Assembly: GCA_963838005.1 (NCBI GenBank)
Contig: CAWIPW010000007.1
Coordinates: 54,691-118,690 of the forward strand
From: an uncultured Actinomycetota bacterium
Lineage (GTDB): Bacteria > Actinomycetota > Acidimicrobiia > Acidimicrobiales > RAAP-2
Reading direction: 5' to 3'
Length of the DNA: 64,000 nt
A program made the position numbers and the translations under genes. How positions within the stretch are numbered: the first letter of the stretch is position 1; each line of letters starts with the position of its first letter. Below are positions 50,738-58,725 of this stretch, one piece after another. The notes below the pieces were generated by a model that saw nothing but the letters and a program-made list of their open reading frames with translations, searched no databases and was not told the origin of the DNA.

Positions 50738-52060
50738 ATGGGCGCCGTGAGACATCGAGGCACTGGCGGGGAAGCGGGCACCGTCCGCAGGCGGTTCGGC
50801 ATCACGTTGGCGGGGCTGGCGGCACTGGCGGCGGCCTGTTCCAGTGGCGGGTCGACGATCCCGCCGACAACGTCGCCTCAGGCCGGCCCCACGACCAATC
50901 CGGGCCAGGCCCATGCGGTCAGCTGCACCCTCCCGCTCACTCATGACAGCTTCGACGGCTTCCACATCGCCGTCCCCGCGAACTGGGACCTCTCGTCGCT
51001 CAACGGCCAGATCGATGTCGAGCAGAACGCCTCGGACACAGAGGGGGTGCTCGTCTACCCGGCCCTCCAGACCCAGGGTCTGAGCCCGTCCGCCTTCTTC
51101 AGCTCGTACCTCACCACGCTCGAACAGCAGGCCCAGGGACAGGGCCTGACGCTCACGGCGACCACGCAGCCCGATCAGAACGGCCTGCCCGTGGCCTCCC
51201 TCGCCGAGACCGTCGGCGAAACGCAGATCGAGGGTCAGGCGACCGTCGCCGTCCTGCCGCTGGACACTCCACAGTCCTCGTCCGAGCTCGTGTTCCTCGC
51301 CTACTTCGCGCCCACCTCGACCTTCGCTACCGACTCGGGGATGCTGTCCTCGATCGCAAACTGCTACGGATCCGAGAACTCCACTCTCTTCCGGGTCTTC
51401 CAGGACCAGGCCTTCACCTACATCATGCCGCCCGGCTGGACCGTCTTCGACGAGGAGCAGAACGGCATCGACCTCCACGGCCCCGCCGGGGAGGACGTGA
51501 GCTACTCCCTGCTGGAGGCCGTCTCGTCGAGCGACGCCGACTCCCCGCAGACGATGATCAACTTCTACCTCAACAGCTTGCATTTCCAGACAGTTGACTC
51601 GGTCTGGTCCACGTCGACCCCGAGCCAGACGAATGCGGGCGGCGGGACCAGTTCGCTGGAGTACGAGGAGTTCACGGCCGACCTCAACGGACCGGTGCAC
51701 GGACTCATCTACGCGAACACGAGTACCGACGGGGGTGACACGTCCGGAGTCGTCCGCCTCGCCCTGTCGACGGCGTCGGAATGGAACGGCGAGAACAGCG
51801 GCCTCATCCAGATGTCGGGCGCCGTCCAGCACGACTTCACCCAGGACCTGCAACAACTGCAGCAGGTCAACCAGGAGTTCCAGAACTTCAGCGGCCAGGT
51901 CGCCAACTTCGACGACACCCTGAACAACCAGCAGCTGGTCCAGGACCCTTCGACCGGCACCTACTACGAGGCACCGTACTCCTCGTATCAGGTGGACGGG
52001 CCGAACGGCCCCGGGTACTACAACGACCAGCAGCTGCTCAATCCGGTCCAGCGTCCCTGA
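50738..52060 (+). CDS. lipoprotein of unknown function with a Gln/Asn-rich C-terminus
   Basis: Lipobox LAGLAALAAACSSGG. Intact 440 aa. C-terminus DLQQLQQVNQEFQNFSGQVANFDDTLNNQQLVQDP...YYNDQQLLNPVQRP. Confidence 0.7.
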   Translation: MGAVRHRGTGGEAGTVRRRFGITLAGLAALAAACSSGGSTIPPTTSPQAGPTTNPGQAHAVSCTLPLTHDSFDGFHIAVPANWDLSSLNGQIDVEQNASDTEGVLVYPALQTQGLSPSAFFSSYLTTLEQQAQGQGLTLTATTQPDQNGLPVASLAETVGETQIEGQATVAVLPLDTPQSSSELVFLAYFAPTSTFATDSGMLSSIANCYGSENSTLFRVFQDQAFTYIMPPGWTVFDEEQNGIDLHGPAGEDVSYSLLEAVSSSDADSPQTMINFYLNSLHFQTVDSVWSTSTPSQTNAGGGTSSLEYEEFTADLNGPVHGLIYANTSTDGGDTSGVVRLALSTASEWNGENSGLIQMSGAVQHDFTQDLQQLQQVNQEFQNFSGQVANFDDTLNNQQLVQDPSTGTYYEAPYSSYQVDGPNGPGYYNDQQLLNPVQRP

Positions 52061-52276
52061 ACTTCCATCCGCCCGAGGCGCCCGGCGCACCCGCCGCACC
52101 GCCCCACGAAGGACGGCGCGGCGACCACAGCACCAGAGGCGGGCCCTGGGCGCACCGGTCGACACCGGCACGCTTCGGACCCGCCTCACGGTCGGGGGTC
52201 TTCTGGTTGTCGCTACGTCGCCACCCACTGCAACCTCGGCGCCATTGCCGAGGATGCGAGTGGCGAACTTCTGCGC

Positions 52277-52810
52277 TCAGCTCCCAGGGGTCAGCTTGGC
52301 GATGGCGGAATTCGCCCTGGCTGCCGCGGCCGCCTCGTTCGCGGCGTTGTTCTGGACGGTCTGGGCGACCAGGGTCGATGCCGCACGGTTCAACGCTGCG
52401 ATCTGCGCGGCCTGGTTGGCGGCTGAGGTGGCCTCGGTCGTGGCGATCGCCTGCGTCTCGGTCTGGGTCTGGGCCTCCGAAAGGAGTGCGTAGGCCTCGA
52501 GGCTCGTCTGGCTGTTCATCAGGTCGACGCCACCCAGGCCGGGCACGGTGATCGTGGTGGCCGGCGACGTCGCCGTGCCGAGCACGGTGATCGAGGTGGC
52601 CGGCGTGGTGGCCGCAGCCGTCGTGGTGGCCGTGGTGGTCGTGGTCGGCGCGGCGGTGGTGGCGGCACCCGACACGCCGGCGAGGGCGGCGACGCTGCCG
52701 GCGCCGATGCCGGCCACCAGGGCGGCACGGGCGGCCCAGCGGGTGATGGTCGAAGTGCGGCGGGCGGGGGTCCCGTGCGAGAGGGCGGTGGTGGTGGGGT
52801 GCATGGACAT
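52277..52810 (-). CDS. secreted Ala/Thr-rich protein (possible Tat signal)
   Basis: AGGAG-N6-ATG at 52810. MSMHPTTTALSHGTPARRTSTITRWAARAALVAGIGAGSVAALAGVSGA, then a Thr/Ala linker and a helical Ala/Gln/Asn-rich C-terminus. Confidence 0.65.
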   Translation of the reverse strand: MSMHPTTTALSHGTPARRTSTITRWAARAALVAGIGAGSVAALAGVSGAATTAAPTTTTTATTTAAATTPATSITVLGTATSPATTITVPGLGGVDLMNSQTSLEAYALLSEAQTQTETQAIATTEATSAANQAAQIAALNRAASTLVAQTVQNNAANEAAAAARANSAIAKLTPGS

Positions 52811-52865
52811 GTCGGTCTCCTGTGGTCGAGTGGCCGGTTCGGCCGTCAATGTGTTCGACGCCGGG

Positions 52866-52890
52866 TACGGAAGATCTCCCTGGTCGGTTC
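52866..52890 (-). promoter_or_regulatory. ECF-type promoter candidate for the secreted-protein gene
   Basis: Read on the minus strand: tTGAACC-gaccagggagatcttc-CGTAc (GAAC, 17 nt, CGTA). About 55 nt upstream of the ATG at 52810. Confidence 0.5.
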
Positions 52891-52926
52891 AATAAAACCT
52901 TCGAAATTCTTTTCTTTTGTTTCCAT

Positions 52927-52951
52927 GAACCTTTTTCGTTCTCGTTCCGTA
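52927..52951 (+). promoter_or_regulatory. ECF-type promoter candidate for the sigma/anti-sigma operon (autoregulatory)
   Basis: aTGAACC-tttttcgttctcgttc-CGTAt (GAAC, 17 nt, CGTA), followed by RBS GGAGGAGG and the ATG at 52973. Lies in an AT-rich spacer. Confidence 0.55.
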
Positions 52952-52972
52952 TCCGCGGGGAGGAGGTGAGGG

Positions 52973-53562
52973 ATGGACCCGGTGCGCGAAACTCGAACTC
53001 GTGAGCGAGGTCCTCGACCCACCGGCGTCGATCGGGGATGCACAGCTCCTCGCCGCTGTCGGCGCCGGCGACCGGGGCGAGCCGCTCCGTGTCCTCTACG
53101 ACCGGTACGCGGGTCGGGTCTTCGGGCTCGGGGTCCAGCTCCTCGGCGACCGGGGGCTGGCCGAGGAGCTGGTGCAGGAGACGTTCGTCCGGGTCTGGCG
53201 GACGGCGGCTCGCTACGATCCCGCCCGGGGCTCCGCCCCCACGTTCATCTTCACGATCGCCCGCCACCTGGCCGTCGACCTGTGGCGGCGTCCCTCGTCC
53301 CGCGCCAACGATCCCGAGTCACCACCTCCCCCCGACGACGACCGGGTCGACTCGCTGCTGGCGGGTCTCGAGGTGCGCGAGGCCATGAACTCGCTCTCGG
53401 ACGCCCATCGCCAGATCCTCGAGCTCGTCCTTCGGCCACGACCTCAAACAGGCCGAGATCGCCGAGCGACTCTCCATCCCGATCGGCACGGTGAAGACGC
53501 GAAGCCATCACGCCCTCCGCTCCCTCAAGGCCGCGCTCGAACAACGGGGCTTCCGTGACTGA
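52973..53562 (+). pseudogene. ECF sigma factor (SigK-like by context), 1-2 frame breaks (+1)
   Basis: Region 2 (LAEELVQETFVRVWRTAARYDPARGSAPTFIFTIARHLAVDLWRR) is in ORF 53001..53558. Region 4 (FGHDLKQAEIAERLSIPIGTVKTRSHHALRSLKAAL) is in a third frame after ~53430. The RBS-supported ATG at 52973 is in yet another frame; the alternative is GTG 53001. Confidence 0.8.
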
Positions 53563-54331
53563 CGCCGCCGCCCACACCGAGCCCCACCCCGACGTCGCCG
53601 GCTACCTGCTCGGCACCCTGACCGACGAGGAGGCCGCCCACTTCGAGACGCACCTGGCCGGCTGCGCCGCCTGCCGGGGCGAGGTCGACGAGCTCGGCGA
53701 CCTGCCCGGCCTGCTCGCCGGTCTGCCCCCCTTCGAGGAGCTCCCTCCCGGACTCGAGGCGCGGACCTTCGAGGCCATCGAGCGTGAGGCCGCACGCGCT
53801 CCCCGGTCCGATCCTGCCGGCGACGCCGACGGTGTGCGGGCCGCCGGTGGGACGATCGTTCCGATCGAGCACGCCAGGGCCAGGCGGAGGTGGTCGACGG
53901 CCCAGCTGGTGCTGACGGCGGCGGCGGCCGGGGTGGTCGCTGTGGTCGGCCTCGACATCGGGGTGAAGGTGGCCGACAACCAGCCGGCGCCGGTCGCGGT
54001 CGAGCAGCTGGTCGCGCCGAACGGCGGCCCGGCACGGGGGACCGCGACCGTCCACGCCACCCTCACCGGCGCCACCATCGACCTGCACGTGACTGGGCTC
54101 GCCCCCTCGCCGCCCGGCACCATCTACACGTGTTGGCTGGTCGGCAAGGGTGACACGCTGGCCCACCAGAACCGCGTCTCGGTCGGCTCCTTCGTCGTCG
54201 GCTCCAGCGGGACGGCGAACGTCCAGTGGGACACGGGGGCGAACCTCCAGCGCTTCCCCAAGATCGGCGTCACCCTGGAACCCGACAACGGCAATCCCCT
54301 CCACCAGGGTCCGAAGGTCCTACAGGTCTGA
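53555..54331 (+). CDS. anti-sigma factor, zf-HC2 N-terminus + RskA-type extracytoplasmic domain
   Basis: HPDVAGYLLGTLTDEEAAHFETHLAGCAACRGEVDEL. TM helix LVLTAAAAGVVAVVGL. C-terminal ...YTCWLVGKGD...SVGSFVV...IGVTLEPDNG (RskA-like). The start overlaps the sigma stop. Confidence 0.8.
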   Translation: MTDAAAHTEPHPDVAGYLLGTLTDEEAAHFETHLAGCAACRGEVDELGDLPGLLAGLPPFEELPPGLEARTFEAIEREAARAPRSDPAGDADGVRAAGGTIVPIEHARARRRWSTAQLVLTAAAAGVVAVVGLDIGVKVADNQPAPVAVEQLVAPNGGPARGTATVHATLTGATIDLHVTGLAPSPPGTIYTCWLVGKGDTLAHQNRVSVGSFVVGSSGTANVQWDTGANLQRFPKIGVTLEPDNGNPLHQGPKVLQV

Positions 54332-54353
54332 CCCGACAGGTGGACCGGACCGC

Positions 54354-55269
54354 TCAGGCCCGCAGGAGCCGGGCGCCCGCGGGGGCATCCGCAGACACCG
54401 ACGGGTGGAGCAGCGTCTCGAGCAGCTCCACCCCGTCCACGACGCGGGGACCCGGGACGCGAGAAGTAGGCGTTGGCGTCGACGGCGAAGATGCGGCCGA
54501 GCGCACCGACTTCGGCACGCTCCAACAAGCCGGGAGCCTGGGCCACCGCTCCGTCGAGGTCGAAGCCACAGGGCGAGAAGACGGTGACATCCACCGCCTC
54601 GGCTGCGATCTCCTCCCACGAGAGCCGGCGCGACCGGTCCCCGGGGGCAGCCAGCACCGGTACACCTCCCGCCGCCTCCACCATGTCGGGGACCCAGTGG
54701 CCGCCGTTGAAAGGCGGCTCGGGCCACTCCAGTACCAGCACCCGGGGCCGGGTACGTCCACCCACCCGCCGGCGCACCGCCGCCACCCGGCGGCGCAGGT
54801 CGGTCATCAGCGCTTCCGCCGCTTCGCCGGTGCCGGTGGCCGACCCCACCGTGCCGACACAGTCGATGACCTCGTCGAGCCGGCCCGGGTCGAGGGACAC
54901 CACCCGGGCGTGGCACCCGATGACGTCGAGCGCGTCCTCGACCGCGCCCGACGGCACGGCACAGACCCGGCAGAGATCCTGGGCGAGGATCAGATCGGGG
55001 TCGATGGCCCGGATCCGACCGTCGTCGAGGGTGTAGATGGACTCGCCGGCGGCGATCCGTGCACTGACCTCGGTGTCGATCTGCTCGGCGGTGAGGGATC
55101 CGTCGGTCGGCAGGGCCGTGCCCGACACCACCGGAACCGATCGGGCGGCTTCGGGATAGTCGCACTCGAAACTGACGCCGTGCAGCTGATCGCCCAGGCC
55201 GAGGTCGAAGACGATCTCGGTGGCGGAGGGCAGCAGGGACACGATCTTCACGGCCCCATCATCCCCCAT
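54354..55269 (-). pseudogene. BtuF/FhuD-type (cluster A) binding-protein homologue without a signal peptide, one frame break near the 3' end
   Basis: MGDDGAVKIVSLLPSATEIVFDLGLGDQLHGVSFECDYP...DPDLILAQDLCRVC... is in ORF 54124..55347. The C-terminus ...GPRVVDGVELLETLLHP is in ORF 54354..54761. Confidence 0.65.
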
Positions 55270-55483
55270 CGGCCGAGCCCGAGCCCGGCCGGCCCGACCG
55301 GCGCTGCTCCTCTTCGGAATACGGGCAGTGGCGGCAGCCGCTCCCACAGCATCCGTCCCGGTCGGACAGGGCCGGTGCGGTAAAGACGAGGTAGCCGGTG
55401 TCCGGATCGACGTACGTCGGACGCCGGGCGGCGACGGCGCGGTCGTGCGCGGCCTGCGCGTCCGGGCCGATGGCGGCCGTCAC
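55259..55483 (-). CDS. small Cys-rich protein, DUF5522-like (CCGSGCRHCPY motif)
   Basis: ...AAHDRAVAARRPTYVDPDTGYLVFTAPALSDRDGCCGSGCRHCPY. Overlaps the downstream binding-protein start by 11 nt. The start is uncertain (GTG 55483 or further upstream in ORF 55259..56125). Confidence 0.55.
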   Translation of the reverse strand: MTAAIGPDAQAAHDRAVAARRPTYVDPDTGYLVFTAPALSDRDGCCGSGCRHCPYSEEEQRRSGRPGSGSADGG

Positions 55484-55718
55484 GTCCCCGGCTCCCGACC
55501 CACCCGTCCGGGTGCCACCACCGTCATCCGTTCCGGCTGCACAGGTACCTCCCGGGGTCGGTTGCTCGCTCGAAGTCCCCGGGATCGGAGCCGACAGCGC
55601 GGAACACAGCATTCCAGTGTGGCCCAGTCCGGGCGGACCGACCGGGTCGCCTGGCCGGGCATCCGGTCCGTGCCCGGGCACCGACCGGGCGTGCGGTGAC
55701 GCACATAGCATCTGCTGC

Positions 55719-56606
55719 GTGAGCCAGTTCGCACCGTGGGGTACGTTCGCGCGGCGGCGCCGAGCCCACGCCGACGGCGTGGTCGGCTTTCTGGCCGGCC
55801 TGCAGCCCTTGGCCCTGCTCGACGGCATGTTCGGCAACGTCGGTGACCATCTGATCTGGGCCGGCACCCGCGACCTCCTGGCCATGGGTGACCTTGCCTG
55901 GCAACCGGTGGCCGTCGGCGACATCGCCGGGGCCGACGGATCGGGGCGGACACTGGTCGTCCCGGGGAACAGCGCCCTCCACCGGTTCTGGCACGAGTGG
56001 CTGCCGGCCACGCTGCTCGAGGCGTCACGGCGGTACCGCCGGGTCGTCATCCTGGCGTCGACGATCGAGCCGGCGGTTCCGGTGGTCGAGGCGCTGCTCT
56101 CGCAGGCCAACGTGTACGCCTTCACCCGGGACCGTCGGTCCTACGAGGCGATCAAGCCGTTCGGGCGGGCGGTGCTGGCCTTCGACCCCGCGCTCTACGC
56201 CGGCATCTTCGACCAGCCCAGGTCCGACGCACCCTGGGACGCACCGGACGCCCGCCGGGGAGGCGACGTGCTCGTCGCCCTGCGGGAGGACCAGGGCAGC
56301 CCGCTCGGCCCGCTCGGCTTGCGGCCCAACCCGGACGTCAACCGGGATCTGAGCCTGACGGCCACCGACCTCGGTGAGCTCCTCGACGGTGTGCGGGCCG
56401 CCGGGGCCGTCATCACCGATCGGCTCCACGTCGCCGTCCCGGCAATCCTCCTGGGTACACCGGTCACCTACCTGGACCCGTACGACGCCAAGATCTCCGG
56501 CTACCTGGAATTCGTGTTCGGTGGCACCGAGGGTGGGCACGTCCGCCGGTGTGACGTGGAGTACCTGAGGGAACGGGACCTGGTCGTGGCGGACGGGGTG
56601 GCGTGA
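55719..56606 (+). CDS. polysaccharide pyruvyl transferase family protein
   Basis: MFGNVGDHLIWAGTRDLL (GNxGD motif) and ITDRLHVAVPAILLGTPV (TDRLH motif). It is the downstream part of ORF 55398..56606. Confidence 0.55.
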   Translation: MSQFAPWGTFARRRRAHADGVVGFLAGLQPLALLDGMFGNVGDHLIWAGTRDLLAMGDLAWQPVAVGDIAGADGSGRTLVVPGNSALHRFWHEWLPATLLEASRRYRRVVILASTIEPAVPVVEALLSQANVYAFTRDRRSYEAIKPFGRAVLAFDPALYAGIFDQPRSDAPWDAPDARRGGDVLVALREDQGSPLGPLGLRPNPDVNRDLSLTATDLGELLDGVRAAGAVITDRLHVAVPAILLGTPVTYLDPYDAKISGYLEFVFGGTEGGHVRRCDVEYLRERDLVVADGVA

Positions 56607-57472
56607 TGAAGGACGCCGTGGTTGGGCTCATGGTCCTGAAGGACGAGTGGCCCCTCTGCGCGCTCTCCGTGTCCCACGCCCTCGAATGCCACGTCGACAC
56701 CCTCTGGGTCGTCGACCACGGGGGCGGGGAGGAGGCCCGGGCCGGGCTCGCCGAACTGCAGTGGCTGTGGGGCGACCGCCTGAACGTGCTCCGGCTGGAC
56801 GGTGTGGGCTTCTGGCAGGAGGCGATCACGGCCGTGCTGCTGGAGGCGTGCGGTGCTCGCGAGCGGGACTGGATCTACGTCCTCGACGCTGACGAATACG
56901 CCATCACCGGGTCGGGCCAGTCGCTGCGGACGGTCCTCGGTGCCCTCGACGACGACACCGCGCTGGTCCGCTACCGGGTCGAGAACTGGATATCGGAACG
57001 GGACTTCGACGAGTGGTCGCTCGGCTCCTACCGGCGGCTGGTGCACCGGGCCGTCCCCAACGTGTTCGTGGCCGAGGGCCTCGAGATGGTGGAGGACGAG
57101 ATCCGGCTGGGACACGTCAACTACTTCGACGTCCCGTTCCACTCCAAGATCGTCTTCCGGAAGGGCAGTGGAACGTGGGTGGCCAGCGGGACCCACGCCC
57201 TGAAGGACCCGGCCGGCATGGCCGAGGTCGTGCTCGACTGCGACCAGCTGCGGGTCGCGCACCTTCCCCTGCTGACCCGCGATCGCCTCGCCGGGCGGGC
57301 CCGGCAGGGGGCGTTCCTGGTCGCGCACGGCTTCCCCCGGGATCACGGCTGGCAGTCCCAGATGATCCACCGGATCTCCGAAGAGGGCGGGCTCGACGCC
57401 TTCTCGGGCGCGGCACTCCATCGAGCCCGGCGGCGGGCCCGGCGGCGCGAGCTGTCCGACGTCGCGCCGTGA
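56603..57472 (+). CDS. glycosyltransferase family 2-like protein (Glyco_tranf_2_4 pattern)
   Basis: The ATG overlaps the upstream stop. VGLMVLKDEWPLCALSVSHALECHVDTLWVVDHGG...DWIYVLDADEYAI. Confidence 0.5.
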   Translation: MMKDAVVGLMVLKDEWPLCALSVSHALECHVDTLWVVDHGGGEEARAGLAELQWLWGDRLNVLRLDGVGFWQEAITAVLLEACGARERDWIYVLDADEYAITGSGQSLRTVLGALDDDTALVRYRVENWISERDFDEWSLGSYRRLVHRAVPNVFVAEGLEMVEDEIRLGHVNYFDVPFHSKIVFRKGSGTWVASGTHALKDPAGMAEVVLDCDQLRVAHLPLLTRDRLAGRARQGAFLVAHGFPRDHGWQSQMIHRISEEGGLDAFSGAALHRARRRARRRELSDVAP

Positions 57473-57482
57473 CGAGTCGCTC

Positions 57483-57986
57483 GTGGACGTCCTCGAACCG
57501 ACGCTGACCCGGCTGGCCAAGCACTTCGGCGAGCGTCTCGACACCCGGCGGGCCCGGACGGGGTCGCCCCACGAGGCGGCACCGGCCGCCACCCTCCCCC
57601 TGGCGACCGGCGTCCGGGTGGCCCGCTCAATGCAGCTGCACGGCGACCGTCTTATCGCCGACAACCGTCACCTGCAGGCGGGCCACGACCGGCTCGCCAC
57701 CGAACGCGAGCGTCTGGTCGTGGACCGGGACTGGCTCCTCGGCGAACGGGCGCGGCTCGAAGGCGAACTGGCCGCGCTGGCAGGCGAGCTGGTTCGGTCC
57801 GCCGCCGACCTCGCCGAGGTGGCCGCTGCCCGCGACGGGCTCGCGGTCGAGCTCGTCCGGATGGAGGACGAGCTCGCCCGAGCCTCCGCCGAACCGGTCC
57901 GCGACCCACCGTTCGATCGGCTGGCGCGTCATGAACCTGGCACGCGGCGCGGCTGCGCGTGGGTCCGGCGCCGCTGGAGCCGGTGA
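57483..57986 (+). CDS. hypothetical coiled-coil protein
   Basis: Leu/Arg/Glu heptad-like stretch DRLATERERLVVDRDWLLGERARLEGELAALAGELVRSAADLAEVAAARDGLAVELVRMEDELARA. Same strand as, and 11 nt after, the GT2-like gene. Confidence 0.4.
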   Translation: MDVLEPTLTRLAKHFGERLDTRRARTGSPHEAAPAATLPLATGVRVARSMQLHGDRLIADNRHLQAGHDRLATERERLVVDRDWLLGERARLEGELAALAGELVRSAADLAEVAAARDGLAVELVRMEDELARASAEPVRDPPFDRLARHEPGTRRGCAWVRRRWSR

Positions 57987-58049
57987 GCAGGGTTTTCACC
58001 CGCCGCCGGTCGGCCACGCACCCGGACGGACGGGGCCGTCCGCCCTCCC

Positions 58050-58500
58050 CTACCCGCCGGGCCGCAGGTGCCGCCCGAGGGCGTCGAGCCAGTCACCGGT
58101 GCCTTGTTCCCTCCACTCGGGCAGCTCACGGCCGTCGAGATAGGCACCGGCCTCCACCAGCGCCAGATGGGTACCGTCGCCCTCGGCGGTGAGCTCGACG
58201 GTGGTCAGGGACACGGTCGCCACGTCGCCGTCCACGGCCAGGACCGACGTGTAGACGATGCGCTCGGGGACGACGATCTCCCGGTAGAGCGACTCCCAGG
58301 TGATCCGCTTGCCGTCGAGGAGGTTCGCATTGCGCTCGATGCCACCCGGACGGAAGTCGAGCTCGTAGCCCTCGGGATTCCCGGCGAACCACCGGACCTT
58401 CGCCGCCGGATCGGCCCACGCGTCGAACACGCGCTTCGGGTGATGTCGGGTACGTGCGCTCCAGGGTGAAGGTGGCATGGGTGACGCTGCGATCTGACAT
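58050..58500 (-). pseudogene. SRPBCC / AHSA1-domain protein, one frame break ~58435
   Basis: MSDRSVTHATFTLERTYPTSPE (ORF 58126..58500), then RVFDAWADPAAKVRWFAGNPEGYELDFRPGGIERN...LVEAGAYLDG (ORF 58050..58478). Confidence 0.72.
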
Positions 58501-58725
58501 CGCTGATCTCCTTGTGAGGCTGTCGTCTCCGGTCGGGTCGGCGGATCTCCGGCCCGCCGGGTCGGGCGCCGAGGCGGACGGGGCGGTGCGCCGGTGGCCG
58601 GGCCGGCTCCGCCGAACGCTTAACCATCTACCTAAGTGTGTAGGGATTCCGTGGGGGACGTCAAGTGCCGGCCGCCACCATGCGTTCGCCGTTCGCCCTG
58701 ACGGCCCGTTGCCCTCGCCGGGACA

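Noticed and set aside
50435-52228. 597-aa minus-strand ORF
   Set aside because: It is antisense to the lipoprotein gene 50738..52060, which has a lipobox and ordinary composition.
52228-52250. Hairpin CCTCGGC-gccatt-GCCGAGG downstream of the secreted-protein gene as an intrinsic terminator
   Set aside because: The stem is only 7 bp and there is no U-tract on either strand. This is insufficient to call a terminator.
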